Of a stretch of 64,000 nucleotides of DNA, positions 18,916-28,935 are shown piece by piece. Positions within the stretch are counted from its first letter, which is position 1. Each line of letters opens with the position of its first letter. The stretch lies in IMG/VR virus record IMGVR_UViG_3300046171_000314, positions 64,001 through 128,000 of that record, one strand, 5' to 3'. Below the pieces are notes generated by a model, which saw nothing but the letters and a program-made list of their open reading frames with translations, made no database searches and had not been told where the DNA came from. Source of the stretch: a virus. Both the position numbers and the translations under genes were made by a program.

Positions 18916-19574
18916 CAACACAAATACCTGAAATAACTCAAGAGTACATCGACAAGATTTTCGAGGAACTTGGGAAAATGCAAATCGTCTTAGACAAAGA
19001 ACCTTTACGATTTGGTCCGAGCCGCCTTAATGAAAAGGTTGCAGTGACAAGAAATATGCTCACAAGATGCGAGCAACTTTTTAATTCGGTTTCGCACCAT
19101 TTGCAGTTGTACTCTTTGGAGAAGAGAAAAGCCGATCTTACTTTTTCCCTCAATGAGAAAAATCTTATCGCTAACGATCCTGAGGTTCGTGCAGGAAGGA
19201 ACTTGAAGGACAGAGAGGCAGTTGCTCATTTGAAACTTAGAAAAGAAATAGAAAGCCTGACTTTTTTGGAAGCCACTGTTCATAATTTGGAGATTGTATT
19301 GTCTATGGTAAAAGCCAAACGTTCAGATCTTCGTGATGTACAAGGCAGGCTCAAAGACCAAATCAAGTTGTGTCAGGAAGATATCGGCATTGGTCGCAGA
19401 TGGGGTCACGAAAAAACACAAGCCTCCCCTAAACCCATTGTCACCCCTGATATGGCAGAGGAACTTTTGTCTCCTATCAATGAATCTTATCAAGCCGAGC
19501 AAGTCACCGAGCAAGATGTGAGTGAGGGTTTGGTGGATATCGACGCTTTACTAGACAGTGTTGATCAATATTAA
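18912..19574 (+). CDS. coiled-coil protein with acidic tail (possible recombination mediator)
   Basis: Helical heptads, C-terminal DIDALLDSVD; lies in recombination operon. Confidence 0.5.
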   Translation: MTTQIPEITQEYIDKIFEELGKMQIVLDKEPLRFGPSRLNEKVAVTRNMLTRCEQLFNSVSHHLQLYSLEKRKADLTFSLNEKNLIANDPEVRAGRNLKDREAVAHLKLRKEIESLTFLEATVHNLEIVLSMVKAKRSDLRDVQGRLKDQIKLCQEDIGIGRRWGHEKTQASPKPIVTPDMAEELLSPINESYQAEQVTEQDVSEGLVDIDALLDSVDQY

Positions 19575-19704
19575 TTTTTTTCACCAACAACGATCAATTA
19601 TAGATCGGAACTTGGTATAACTACTCGGCACTAACATTTTGTGCCTTTCTATAAACCTCGCACTAACAAAATAACAAATGTGCATTTTACATAAGGAGAT
19701 TCCT

Positions 19705-20460
19705 ATGAGTGGATTCATGGAATTTGATCTCGGTAATACCGATAAAGCAATAAAAAAACCTGCATCTCGATTTAAAGTCGAAGATGGCAAATCATATCGT
19801 GTCAGCCTTGCTTGGTGGATGCCCCTCAGTGGCTCTGACTCCAAGTTTGATTTCGAGTCTAACCCTAAGTTTGTGAAAGCGGCTCGCTACTACAAGCAAG
19901 GACTTGGTTATGTCATTCACGATGAAAGTGTTGGAGCGGAGTTGAAACGACTTATGGGGGGCAATCCTCAAGAGCGATTTGCAACCATTCTCATTCAGTG
20001 GAAAACAAGTGATGATGGAACTCTTGATCAAAACGCTTTCGTACAAGGTCGTGACTACAAAGTCTTATCTTGGATTATGTCACAAGAGAAACTTACAACC
20101 ATTCTTCGTGTTCACAAAAACTTCGGCATCAGCGAAGTGGATATTAATATTACCTGTCCTAAAGGCGGCTCACAGTATCAGAAGATGGATATTATGCCCA
20201 TAAACCGCTCTTTCAAAAATGTAAAGCACGGAAACCTCCTCCGCTTTGCTATGGAAAGTGACAAAGAAGGTATGACAGCGATGGCTTCCAAGATTTACAA
20301 AGAGGTACAAGACACTGCTGAGACCATTAGAGATCAGATTGGTCGTCAATATTCTATCTCTGAAATCAAAGAGAAGTTGGGCTTGGAAGACAACACAGCC
20401 ACTGCTGATGTTGGTGTAGACAATGCTGATGATATTTTGGATAACATCTACCCTGTCTAA
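19705..20460 (+). CDS. putative single-stranded DNA-binding protein
   Basis: Size, beta-rich core, acidic tail DVGVDNADDILD; position before ruvC/recA; function is inference. Confidence 0.5.
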   Translation: MSGFMEFDLGNTDKAIKKPASRFKVEDGKSYRVSLAWWMPLSGSDSKFDFESNPKFVKAARYYKQGLGYVIHDESVGAELKRLMGGNPQERFATILIQWKTSDDGTLDQNAFVQGRDYKVLSWIMSQEKLTTILRVHKNFGISEVDINITCPKGGSQYQKMDIMPINRSFKNVKHGNLLRFAMESDKEGMTAMASKIYKEVQDTAETIRDQIGRQYSISEIKEKLGLEDNTATADVGVDNADDILDNIYPV

Positions 20461-20530
20461 TTCAACAACTATCTTGATGATTGAGGGGTGAGGGTATTTT
20501 TCCTTTGCCCCTTTTTTATTGGAGTCTTTT

Positions 20531-21160
20531 ATGAAAATACTTGGTCTTGACCCCTCTCTCACCAATTTTGGTTGGTGTTTTATAGATGACGATGGCTCTA
20601 CTGTGATAGAACGAGGTCGCTTCAAAACAACCTCCAAGCAAATCTTTATTGAACGTTATGTACAACTTAGAGGGGAACTTTCGGATCTCATAGATAGGTT
20701 GAAACCTGATCGAATAGGGATTGAGAGTCCTATTTTCAATGATATGTTCAGTGAAGGAATGTACGGTCTCTTCCTTTTCTGTAACGAGGTCTTTATGACC
20801 AAAAAGAAAGATGTGGCTTTCTTTTCTCCTCCGCAAGTGAAGAGCCACGCTTTTGTTTTCCTAAAGCGACCTAAGGGTTGGAAGATGAAAAAGCAGGATA
20901 TGTGCGAAGCATCTAGAACTAAGTCAGGTGGTGGAAAATGGAATCACAATGAAGCAGATGCCTATTGGGTTGGGGTGACCGCCTACAGGTTTTGGCAATA
21001 CTACGATCAAGTTCTTTCGGTGGATGATCTTACAGAAAAAGAAAAACACCAATTTACAAGAATTCATACATTTAAGAGAGGAAAGAAGATCGGAGAGACA
21101 GTAAAAAGCGGTTTAATACATAGGGAAGATGATCGATTTTTCCTTTGGTCACAAAAATAA
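20531..21160 (+). CDS. ruvC: RuvC-like Holliday junction resolvase
   Basis: ILGLDPSLTNFGW, IGIE, PPQVK, K..M, HNEADA. Confidence 0.88.
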   Translation: MKILGLDPSLTNFGWCFIDDDGSTVIERGRFKTTSKQIFIERYVQLRGELSDLIDRLKPDRIGIESPIFNDMFSEGMYGLFLFCNEVFMTKKKDVAFFSPPQVKSHAFVFLKRPKGWKMKKQDMCEASRTKSGGGKWNHNEADAYWVGVTAYRFWQYYDQVLSVDDLTEKEKHQFTRIHTFKRGKKIGETVKSGLIHREDDRFFLWSQK

Positions 21161-21174
21161 ATTAGGAGGCTATT

Positions 21175-22392
21175 ATGGCTAGAAAAACTAAGAAGTCATC
21201 AGCAAAACCAAAGCAAAATGTGAGTGCTTTGGCTAATGCTATGTCAAAAATGAATACTGTTTTCAAGGGGGAGGATGTTGTTGTTTCGTTAGATATCTCT
21301 TCTATGAAACAATCTGTTCCTCATATCCCCACAGGTGCTCTTGCAGTGGATTACTTGATAGGGGGTCGCCCAAATCGTTACGGTGTAGCCCCCTGTCCGG
21401 GACTCCCCAAAGGTCGTATTCTGAACCTTTATGGACACGAGGGCAGCGGCAAGACAACACTTGCTTTGACTACTGTTGCACAGGTTTGTGCCACAGGAGG
21501 GACTGTCTGTTATATAGATTTTGAAAATGCCATTGTGCCTGATTATGCCGCACAAATAGGTGTGCCCATTGAAGATCCAAACAAGTTCTTATTGGTATCC
21601 CCTGAAACCCTCGAAGATGGCATCAAGATAATGTACATTATGTTGAGTGAAGGTGTTGATCTTATCTGTATTGATTCTGTTGGAGCAGGAGTTCCAAAAA
21701 TCGAGTTTGAAAAATCGATCAAAGATACAGACAAACACGCAAAGGTTGGGGAACTTGCACGACTATGGTCGGGACATCTCCCTAAGTTGAAACAAATCGC
21801 ATCAAAGAAAGGCACAACGATTATCGCCATTTCTCAGATCAGAGATAAGATTGGGGGGATGGGCTATGGAGAGCAATCCACTGTTCAAGGGGGTAAGGCA
21901 TGGAAGTTCTATGCGGCTCTCAGAATGAAACTCAGGCGAGTACAACAAGTTAAGGGCAAGGTTTTCAATGCCATCACAGGTCGTTATGAAGACCAAACAA
22001 TTGGGTCTGTTACACGAGCCAAGTTAGACAAGTGTAAAGTAAGTTCTTCTCAAGGTCAAGAGATAGACTTCCATCTTCGACAAGGCGAGGGGATTGACAA
22101 TGCAAGCACCCTCATTGACATTGCAGCAGCACACGGATTCATCAAGAAAGGTGGTTCTTGGTATACTTGGGAAAGACCTCACGCACAAGACATCAAAGTG
22201 CAGGGTTCTGAGAAACTTCGTGAAATGCTCCTAGATGACGATGCCCTCTTTGATGAACTTTGGGCACACTGCATACCGTTATTGTCAGGGGGCAAAGCGG
22301 AAGAAGGAGTCATTCTTGGAGATGACACTCCTGAGGAAGCCTCTGAGTATTCAGACAAAGACCTGTTGAAGGACTTGAAAGATTTAGAATAG
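21175..22392 (+). CDS. recA: RecA recombinase
   Basis: IPTGALAVD..IG, GLPKGRI, YGHEGSGKTT, YIDFEN, IDSV, SQIRDKIG, GGKAWKFYA, KKGGSWY. Confidence 0.96.
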   Translation: MARKTKKSSAKPKQNVSALANAMSKMNTVFKGEDVVVSLDISSMKQSVPHIPTGALAVDYLIGGRPNRYGVAPCPGLPKGRILNLYGHEGSGKTTLALTTVAQVCATGGTVCYIDFENAIVPDYAAQIGVPIEDPNKFLLVSPETLEDGIKIMYIMLSEGVDLICIDSVGAGVPKIEFEKSIKDTDKHAKVGELARLWSGHLPKLKQIASKKGTTIIAISQIRDKIGGMGYGEQSTVQGGKAWKFYAALRMKLRRVQQVKGKVFNAITGRYEDQTIGSVTRAKLDKCKVSSSQGQEIDFHLRQGEGIDNASTLIDIAAAHGFIKKGGSWYTWERPHAQDIKVQGSEKLREMLLDDDALFDELWAHCIPLLSGGKAEEGVILGDDTPEEASEYSDKDLLKDLKDLE

Positions 22393-22399
22393 TATTGTT

Positions 22400-22409
22400 T
22401 TCGGTATAA
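22400..22409 (+). promoter_or_regulatory. class B putative promoter
   Basis: TTCGGTATAA. Confidence 0.5.
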
Positions 22410-22452
22410 AGAGAGGGGGGTAGTCCCCTCTCATTTTAATTAGGGAGATCTT

Positions 22453-23523
22453 GTGGTAAAAGTACAAGTAAAAAACTTTCAATCTATCAAAAGTGCTACC
22501 GTAGAGATTGAAGGATTTACGGTCATAACAGGGAAGAACAACTCAGGGAAGACCGCTTTGCAAAGGGCGGTTCGTGGTGTTTTTGAGAACGCACGAGGAC
22601 ATTCTTTTGTTCGACATGGGGAGGATAGTTGTGAAGTTTCTGTTTCCTTTGAAGATGGGAATAAGGTTACTTGGCACAAAGGCAAGAAAGAAAACAAGTA
22701 TGTTATCAATGGAAAAACTTACGACAAGGTTGGTTCAGGCACTCCTGAACCCCTGAGAGATTTCGGTGTATACCCTATCACCTGTGGGGGTAAGGTTATC
22801 TCCCCCCAAATCGCACCGCAGTTCACAGGACAAGTATTTCTTTTGAATGAAACAGGTGCAGTTTTGGCAGAGGCTGTTTCAGATGTCGAGCGTGTGTCTG
22901 TGTTGAACAAGGCTCTCAAAGAGTCGGAAAAGGATAAGAGATCCGCAAGTTCTGAGTTGAAAATCAGGAAGAAGGATTTGAAAGGTCTTGAAGAGTCCTT
23001 GCTTTTTTATGAAGGCTTGGAAGACTTGGGTGGTGAAATAGAAGACCTAGATGCTTTACAGCAGGAATTAAAACAAACTCAAGAATCCTTATCGGAACTA
23101 ATTTCTCTTAGAGATAGATATAAGACAGCACAAAGTATCGTCTCACACCTAGAGGATGTCGGAAATTTGAGTATTCCGAATGAATCCTTGTCGGAAATCT
23201 CAAACAACGTGTCCGACTTACGCTCCTTTCAAAGTAGATTGGTTCGGTGTGATAAAAATATTTCTTTATTAGAACGTATTCTTAATGGAGTGCAACCCTA
23301 TGTCAGTGTTTTGGAAGAGAGCACCGTAGGGATGGATAGATGTTCCTCAGGGATTTATCTTCTTCAGGGATATCAGGACAGGGTATTGTCTTCTTATTCA
23401 GAGGTTGCCTCTATACAACAAGAAATCGCTTCGGTTGAGGCTCAGTTAGAGCAGATAGCAGAAGAGTTGCAGGCTTCACTAGAGGAACATTCTGAATGTC
23501 CTTTATGCGGAGGTGCTGTGTGA
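22453..23523 (+). CDS. SbcC/Rad50-like ATPase, N-terminal half
   Basis: VKNFQS, Walker A GKNNSGKT, Q-loop PQF, coiled coil ending in zinc-hook CPLC; no Walker B. Confidence 0.88.
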   Translation: MVKVQVKNFQSIKSATVEIEGFTVITGKNNSGKTALQRAVRGVFENARGHSFVRHGEDSCEVSVSFEDGNKVTWHKGKKENKYVINGKTYDKVGSGTPEPLRDFGVYPITCGGKVISPQIAPQFTGQVFLLNETGAVLAEAVSDVERVSVLNKALKESEKDKRSASSELKIRKKDLKGLEESLLFYEGLEDLGGEIEDLDALQQELKQTQESLSELISLRDRYKTAQSIVSHLEDVGNLSIPNESLSEISNNVSDLRSFQSRLVRCDKNISLLERILNGVQPYVSVLEESTVGMDRCSSGIYLLQGYQDRVLSSYSEVASIQQEIASVEAQLEQIAEELQASLEEHSECPLCGGAV

Positions 23524-23633
23524 CAAATTTTATCTTGTTTTTCTGTGCGGTGTTCTTGTCTTTCCTTCTTTACTCAGGACTTTCTTACCTATACCACCGT
23601 TGGAAATGGGATCGATTTGGAAGAGATGATTAA
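23520..23633 (+). CDS. small single-TM protein (37 aa)
   Basis: Not in track: GTG start with GGAGGT RBS, MTNFILFFCAVFLSFLLYSGLSYLYHRWKWDRFGRDD. Confidence 0.55.
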   Translation: MTNFILFFCAVFLSFLLYSGLSYLYHRWKWDRFGRDD

Positions 23634-23672
23634 TATCTTTTGTTGTTTCGGTAGTTCTATCGGAGGTTATTT

Positions 23673-24641
23673 ATGAAACTTATATGGCGAACAGACATAC
23701 ACCTTTCTGACAAGACACCTGTGAGCAGGAAGGACAATTGGAAAGAAACAATATTTAAGAAGATTCAGCAGGTCGGAAAGATCGCAGAAAAACACGATGC
23801 AGTTGCTGTTCTAGATGGGGGTGACTTCTTCGATATCAAGTCGCCTTCACGGAACTCACACGAACTTGTTAGGGAAGTTCTCGATGTTCATAAGGAATAC
23901 CCTTGCCCTGTCTATGCGAATGTGGGCAACCACGATTGTGTATATGGTGATTATCAATTCTTGCCACAACAACCTCTTGGGGTTCTGTTCTCAAGTGGGT
24001 GTTTTCAAAGGCTCTATGACGAGCACGAGGTCACCTTTGAAAAAGATGGTGTCAAGGTTCGGGTTGTGGGCGTTCCCTATCACGGTGTTGAATATGATAT
24101 GGAAAGATTCAAAAGCATAAAGAAGGGGGACGAGGATTGGCTTGTCTGTATTGCCCACGTTCTTGCTTCTGAGAAAGGCGGTACAATGTTTGAGGGGGAG
24201 GATATCGTCAAGTATAGCGACTTGACCGATCTAGACCCTGATGTATTTTGTTTTGGGCATTGGCACAAGAATCAAGGGATTAAGAGTATCTCTCACACAA
24301 GACAACAATGGGTTGTGAACATAGGTTCTCTTTCAAGGGGTAGTCTCACACAGGACAACTTAGACCGAGTGCCTTGTGTGGCATTAATGGAATTCAATAA
24401 AGAGGGCATACATCTCATAGAGATACCTCTTGAGATAGAAGATGCTGAGGAGGTCTTTGACATTGAAAAACGATTACAAGAGCAGGTTCGTGAGGACACA
24501 ATGAATCAACTTGTTTCGAGCATACAAACGAAGTTAGAGTCTACACAAGGACTAGACCTTCGGTCTGCTGTCAAGGCATTAGATCTCCCTGATACAGTGA
24601 AGGAACGAGCCATCTCATATATAGAAAAAGTAGACCGATAA
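23673..24641 (+). CDS. SbcD/Mre11-like metallophosphoesterase nuclease
   Basis: TDIH, GGDFFD, VGNHD, AH, FGHWH, NIGSLSR. Confidence 0.9.
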   Translation: MKLIWRTDIHLSDKTPVSRKDNWKETIFKKIQQVGKIAEKHDAVAVLDGGDFFDIKSPSRNSHELVREVLDVHKEYPCPVYANVGNHDCVYGDYQFLPQQPLGVLFSSGCFQRLYDEHEVTFEKDGVKVRVVGVPYHGVEYDMERFKSIKKGDEDWLVCIAHVLASEKGGTMFEGEDIVKYSDLTDLDPDVFCFGHWHKNQGIKSISHTRQQWVVNIGSLSRGSLTQDNLDRVPCVALMEFNKEGIHLIEIPLEIEDAEEVFDIEKRLQEQVREDTMNQLVSSIQTKLESTQGLDLRSAVKALDLPDTVKERAISYIEKVDR

Positions 24642-24652
24642 TCTCCCTATAT
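24637..24652 (+). promoter_or_regulatory. class A putative promoter
   Basis: GATAAT-CTCC-CTATAT. Confidence 0.6.
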
Positions 24653-24687
24653 TTTCATCTTCTTATGAACCATAGGAGAAATTTATT

Positions 24688-25032
24688 ATGTCTGATAAGA
24701 ATTTAAGAAAGAAACTAATACGCCTTGCTCATACAAACCCTGAACTCCGAAAGGACTTGCTTCCTTTGTTGAAAGAGGCTGCGGAAACTCCTAATGAATG
24801 GTTTGACGCTTTCAGTGATTGGTGGGGTGGTATTAAGAACAGCATCCTTGCTGACGATGATAATGAAGTTCGTAACTCTCTTGGTTGGGATCTTTATCAA
24901 ATTTGTGTTGGCTATGATCAAAGTTCGAAAAGTCGAAAGGATAATGCACAGAGGGCTATTGATCAGTTTTCTAAGCGTCTTATGAAAGAGATTGATGTTC
25001 TCAATAAAAAAGCAGATGACCTTAAAAAATAA
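24688..25032 (+). CDS. leader-bearing putative virion cargo protein 1
   Basis: N-terminal LRKKLIRLAHTNPELRKDLLPLLKEA leader shared with 25047 and 47445. Confidence 0.75.
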   Translation: MSDKNLRKKLIRLAHTNPELRKDLLPLLKEAAETPNEWFDAFSDWWGGIKNSILADDDNEVRNSLGWDLYQICVGYDQSSKSRKDNAQRAIDQFSKRLMKEIDVLNKKADDLKK

Positions 25033-25046
25033 GACTTGGGGAAAAA

Positions 25047-25397
25047 ATGTCAGACTTACGCAGTAAAATTATCCGTTTGGCTCACGCAAACCCTGAACTC
25101 CGCAAAGACTTGCTTCCCTTGTTGAAAGAGGCTGTTCCGATGGTATCGAACTATGACATAAATGGATACTTCAATAGCCCACAGGAATACCTTGATGCGG
25201 AAGAGGTTCTTTTCAAGAAGAGACTTATTATGGACAACACCAATTGGAATGACAGTGGATCGCAAACGGGTTCTTTTCTGTATGCGGTTTCCCCAAAGAA
25301 TGTTCGTAAGGTCGAACAGATTATTAAGAAAATGGGTGGCACGATTACAAGTAAGGTTGCTCGTGGCGAAGATGGACAAGAGATAGTAGCAAGATAG
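25047..25397 (+). CDS. leader-bearing putative virion cargo protein 2
   Basis: LRSKIIRLAHANPELRKDLLPLLKEA leader, unrelated C-terminal domain. Confidence 0.75.
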   Translation: MSDLRSKIIRLAHANPELRKDLLPLLKEAVPMVSNYDINGYFNSPQEYLDAEEVLFKKRLIMDNTNWNDSGSQTGSFLYAVSPKNVRKVEQIIKKMGGTITSKVARGEDGQEIVAR

Positions 25398-25421
25398 TAG
25401 ATACACTCTTTCATCCTAATC

Positions 25422-25450
25422 AAGAACCCCTCTTGGGGTTCTTTTACTTT
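25422..25450 (+). terminator. rho-independent terminator
   Basis: AAGAACCCC-TCTT-GGGGTTCTT then T-rich. Confidence 0.75.
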
Positions 25451-25487
25451 TCTTGGGTATCATTGTTTCACAGACACAGGTGAAATA

Positions 25488-26420
25488 ATGGCAAGAAAAT
25501 TTAATGTGATGTATTGGTCTACCTTTGACCTATATGAAAATTGTCCTCAGAGGTTTCTTTGGCAAAGAGGTTGGAAAGGAATTGATCTTGGGTATGGAGT
25601 TGGCGAACCTATTCCTTCACCAAAGAAGGACAGTATGCACCACGCAGTTATGGGGATAGTCCTCGCAAAAGCGATGGAGGACTTATACAATGATCAACTT
25701 TATCTTGACCCTCCAACTCTTCGTGAGAAGTTAGAGGACATTGTTGAAAAGGAACTTCGCTATCAGATAACAAGAAAGCACATAGATTGGAATCAGACCT
25801 CTCACGAGGAAATGTTGAAGATTTGTTTGGATGGTATTCGTGGGTACTTGACCACAATGAAGCACAACAAACTTTTGGGGCAGTATGCAAGAAGCGAGGT
25901 CGACTTGGTTGCTGAATTGAAAGAGGGGCATCTCATTGGTGGTCGTGCAGACCTTATTATTAAGAGAGGTTCAGAGGTTGGCGTATATGATGGGAAGAAC
26001 TCTAAGAGTAAAGGAAAATATACAAGCCCTGATCAGTTGCGTTGGTACGGTCTTTTGTACAAGGCTTGTGAAGGTGTTCTTCCTGATAAGTTGGGTTTTG
26101 TTTATTTCAGATATCCTTTTGGAACTCCAAAGGAAGATGGGGGCATTGAGCAGGGGGTTGAATATGTCGATTGCAATGAGGTCGACCTGCAAACTCTTAG
26201 CGAACGTGCTATTCAAGCAAGGGATAACATAATGGCACAGAAATTTGATGCCAACCCACAACCCAAATATTGTATGTGGTGCGAATATAATGAGATGTGT
26301 GAACCAAGACAGGAGCAGAGGAAAGCCAACTCTAAGAAAAGGAAAAAGTCTTTGGGTTTGGAATTGGACACAAAGGGAGAGGTATTTTTTGAATTTTCTT
26401 TGCCTCGCACGATCAAATAA
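25488..26420 (+). CDS. PD-(D/E)XK exonuclease, Cas4/RecB-like with Fe-S cysteines
   Basis: N-terminal CP, E..., GRADL, YDGKN, QLRWY, C-terminal CMWCEYNEMC. Confidence 0.85.
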   Translation: MARKFNVMYWSTFDLYENCPQRFLWQRGWKGIDLGYGVGEPIPSPKKDSMHHAVMGIVLAKAMEDLYNDQLYLDPPTLREKLEDIVEKELRYQITRKHIDWNQTSHEEMLKICLDGIRGYLTTMKHNKLLGQYARSEVDLVAELKEGHLIGGRADLIIKRGSEVGVYDGKNSKSKGKYTSPDQLRWYGLLYKACEGVLPDKLGFVYFRYPFGTPKEDGGIEQGVEYVDCNEVDLQTLSERAIQARDNIMAQKFDANPQPKYCMWCEYNEMCEPRQEQRKANSKKRKKSLGLELDTKGEVFFEFSLPRTIK

Positions 26421-26459
26421 AGATTCTGATTCTGTATAGGACAGAAGGAGGGTTCTAAT

Positions 26460-26723
26460 ATGACAACCGAACGATTAAAACAGGCTCTTGATAAGAGAGA
26501 CAAGTTGAATACAACCTTACAACGATTGAAAGGTCGATTAGAAAAGTCTCAACAGGATAGGGATAGTATTATCTCAGAGATTAGAGATAAAAATCTAGAT
26601 CCCGAAAACCTAGATCAAACTATTTCTGTACTACAAGAAAAATACACAAATCTTCTTCAGAAGTTTGAAGAAGACCTGAACACCTTACAAAACAATCTCA
26701 CTCAATATATGGAGAAAAAATAA
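26460..26723 (+). CDS. small coiled-coil protein
   Basis: Almost entirely heptad repeats; GGAGG RBS. Confidence 0.7.
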   Translation: MTTERLKQALDKRDKLNTTLQRLKGRLEKSQQDRDSIISEIRDKNLDPENLDQTISVLQEKYTNLLQKFEEDLNTLQNNLTQYMEKK

Positions 26724-26725
26724 AA

Positions 26726-27880
26726 ATGAAACTTACGATAGCAAAAAATGACCTAATGTCTTCTTTATCCTTAACCTCTCACGCATTGGGCAAGGACACT
26801 TGGACTACCCATTATTTTGTCAGAAAGCACAACGATAGTAAAGTAGAGGTTCTTTCTACAAACCATCGATATTGCTCATCGGCACTTGCTCCTTGTCACT
26901 TGGATGGGGAACTTGGAGAATTCACACTCGAAGGAAGTCGAGTAAAGACTTGGTTGAAAAATGTGTCAGATGGCGTAGCCCTTGTATTGGATAGTGATGG
27001 AAAAGTTGTTAATGCAAAGTCGGCTCGTGGCTCTGTTCGTTGGAACTGTGCAGGCACAGGGGACTTCCCCTATTGGGATGATGCTTTGAAGAAAGCAACC
27101 ACACAATGCACAATAGATGCCAATGAGTTCTTTGAGATGCTTTCGCACGCAAAGAACTTTGTGGGCAAGCCTGATGCAAAGAGTTTAGCCTTTCGTTATA
27201 TTCGTGTTGAGAAAGGTGCGGTATTTGCAAGTAATGGTCTTTCTCTCAGCATTATATTTTGCGATAAATTGAAGAAAGCCAATTTCTGTTTCAATGCCAA
27301 CGATGCCTCCCCTCTCTTGGGATTTTTGAGCAAACTTGAGGGCGATGTCGAGATCTTGTCCACTGACAGGATCGTCTTTTTCAAGGGATCAAATGAGGCA
27401 GTATTTGGGCTGACGTTGCCTTCTAAGCGTTCGATTGCAGGACTTGGAACACTTGCTCCTGATAAGTACCAAGCCACCTTGAATAGTAGTGTAGGCTCTT
27501 GGGAAGCCACAACTAAAGACCTTCAACAAACCATAGGGTTGTTAGAGTCATCTATGAATAGCGATGATCAAGTCATTAAGGTTTCTTTTGTCAATGATGA
27601 AGATGGGGAGAAAGCCTTGTCTTTGTCTGCTGTTTCGGTCACAGGAGATGTCGACAGTTTGAATGTGGGATTGTCTTCTTATGTTGATGAAGAGGGGATC
27701 GTAGAGAAGGGGCAATACCTCAACAAAGAGATAATGTTGAAGGTATTACAAATCATTGACTCACCGACAACTACGATTTCGGTATTAAAGTTGCTCAGTA
27801 ACTCGGCTTGTTTGGAGCACGAAGTTCTTGGGTACACCTCATACTCAGTGGTCGTTCCTTTGCCCAATAAGACTTTTTAA
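26726..27880 (+). CDS. dnaN: DNA polymerase III beta sliding clamp-like protein
   Basis: 384 aa, MKLTIAKNDL start, DFP motif, ASNG..L repeat unit; context of clamp-loader genes; divergent. Confidence 0.7.
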   Translation: MKLTIAKNDLMSSLSLTSHALGKDTWTTHYFVRKHNDSKVEVLSTNHRYCSSALAPCHLDGELGEFTLEGSRVKTWLKNVSDGVALVLDSDGKVVNAKSARGSVRWNCAGTGDFPYWDDALKKATTQCTIDANEFFEMLSHAKNFVGKPDAKSLAFRYIRVEKGAVFASNGLSLSIIFCDKLKKANFCFNANDASPLLGFLSKLEGDVEILSTDRIVFFKGSNEAVFGLTLPSKRSIAGLGTLAPDKYQATLNSSVGSWEATTKDLQQTIGLLESSMNSDDQVIKVSFVNDEDGEKALSLSAVSVTGDVDSLNVGLSSYVDEEGIVEKGQYLNKEIMLKVLQIIDSPTTTISVLKLLSNSACLEHEVLGYTSYSVVVPLPNKTF

Positions 27881-28521
27881 TGTTTGAACAAGTAAAACAA
27901 GATTATGCAAAATTGCTTGGTCGGAAAGAAGCCCTACAAGAGCGGATTCTTACGACCAAGCAGAACATTACAACACTATCAAATGAAATAGAAACTCTTG
28001 ATAGTGTTGGGGTGGTCTTTCGTCAGTTGCTTGATGATGAGGTAGCCTCCTCTGTGAAAGCAGTGGAGGAACTTTTGTCAGAAGCCCTACAAGCCGTTTT
28101 CACCGATCAAAGTCTTCGTGTTCGTGCTAACATTTCTGTCCTTAGGGGCAAGGTTTCCGTAGAACTTTTGACTATTCAAGATCACGGTGGAGGGGTAATT
28201 ATTGAGGGACAGAGTTCTGAGGGTTTTGGTGGGGCTGTTACTACAGTTCAATCTATCATTCTGCGTATTCTTGTTTGCTTGAAGCGAGGTATGAGACCCT
28301 TTCTCCTTTTAGACGAGTCCTTGCCTGCCTTTGACTCTAATTATGTTCATAATATGGGGAATTTCCTATCTTCCTTATGTGGGAGGTTGGGTATAGATAT
28401 TCTTCTAGTCACACACAATCAGCATCTTGTTGAGGCTAGTGACAAAGCCTTTATCATTGATAAAAAGAAAGGGAAAGCAACCTTTTCAAAAGTTGTGAAG
28501 GGTTCTGTGTCAAAGACATAA
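27880..28521 (+). CDS. SbcC/Rad50-like ATPase, C-terminal half
   Basis: Short coiled coil, signature-like FGGA, Walker B LLLDESLPAFD, H-loop LVTH. Confidence 0.85.
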   Translation: MFEQVKQDYAKLLGRKEALQERILTTKQNITTLSNEIETLDSVGVVFRQLLDDEVASSVKAVEELLSEALQAVFTDQSLRVRANISVLRGKVSVELLTIQDHGGGVIIEGQSSEGFGGAVTTVQSIILRILVCLKRGMRPFLLLDESLPAFDSNYVHNMGNFLSSLCGRLGIDILLVTHNQHLVEASDKAFIIDKKKGKATFSKVVKGSVSKT

Positions 28522-28530
28522 GAGGGAAAA

Positions 28531-28935
28531 ATGGCGTTGTTGGGAAAAGTGGTTCAGAAATTTAAGCAGGTTCGATTTAGATACTTGAAGAAGTTTTTAA
28601 ATGATCATCTTAATAAAGAATCCAAGAACTGTGTGTACAATCGATCAACAACCTTTTCACAAGGAGGCTGCGATAATGTCGGCTTGTGTGCTTTTGGTTT
28701 TGAGGAGAAGGCTTGGCTAGGGGGTGCTTGTGATTCAAGGGTAAACCCTGAACTTGCGAAAGGGTGCGAGGACTTTCTTTCGTTGTATAAGAAAGAGGAC
28801 TTAAAGAAGGTGTTCAATGATTTCTTGGAGACATCGACTTTGGCAGATATCACAAAACACTATCCTGACCTTGCTACTCTTATGTGGGTGATGGAACAGG
28901 CGAACATAGATATAGAAGACTCAGAGGAGGAATAG
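28531..28935 (+). CDS. Cys-rich hypothetical protein
   Basis: Five Cys (CVYN, GCD, LCA, ACD, GCE). Confidence 0.6.
   Translation: MALLGKVVQKFKQVRFRYLKKFLNDHLNKESKNCVYNRSTTFSQGGCDNVGLCAFGFEEKAWLGGACDSRVNPELAKGCEDFLSLYKKEDLKKVFNDFLETSTLADITKHYPDLATLMWVMEQANIDIEDSEEE

Noticed and set aside
25488-26420. Cas4-like nuclease as sign of a CRISPR-Cas system
   Set aside because: No repeat-spacer array or other cas genes seen; solo Cas4-like exonucleases are common in phage replication modules
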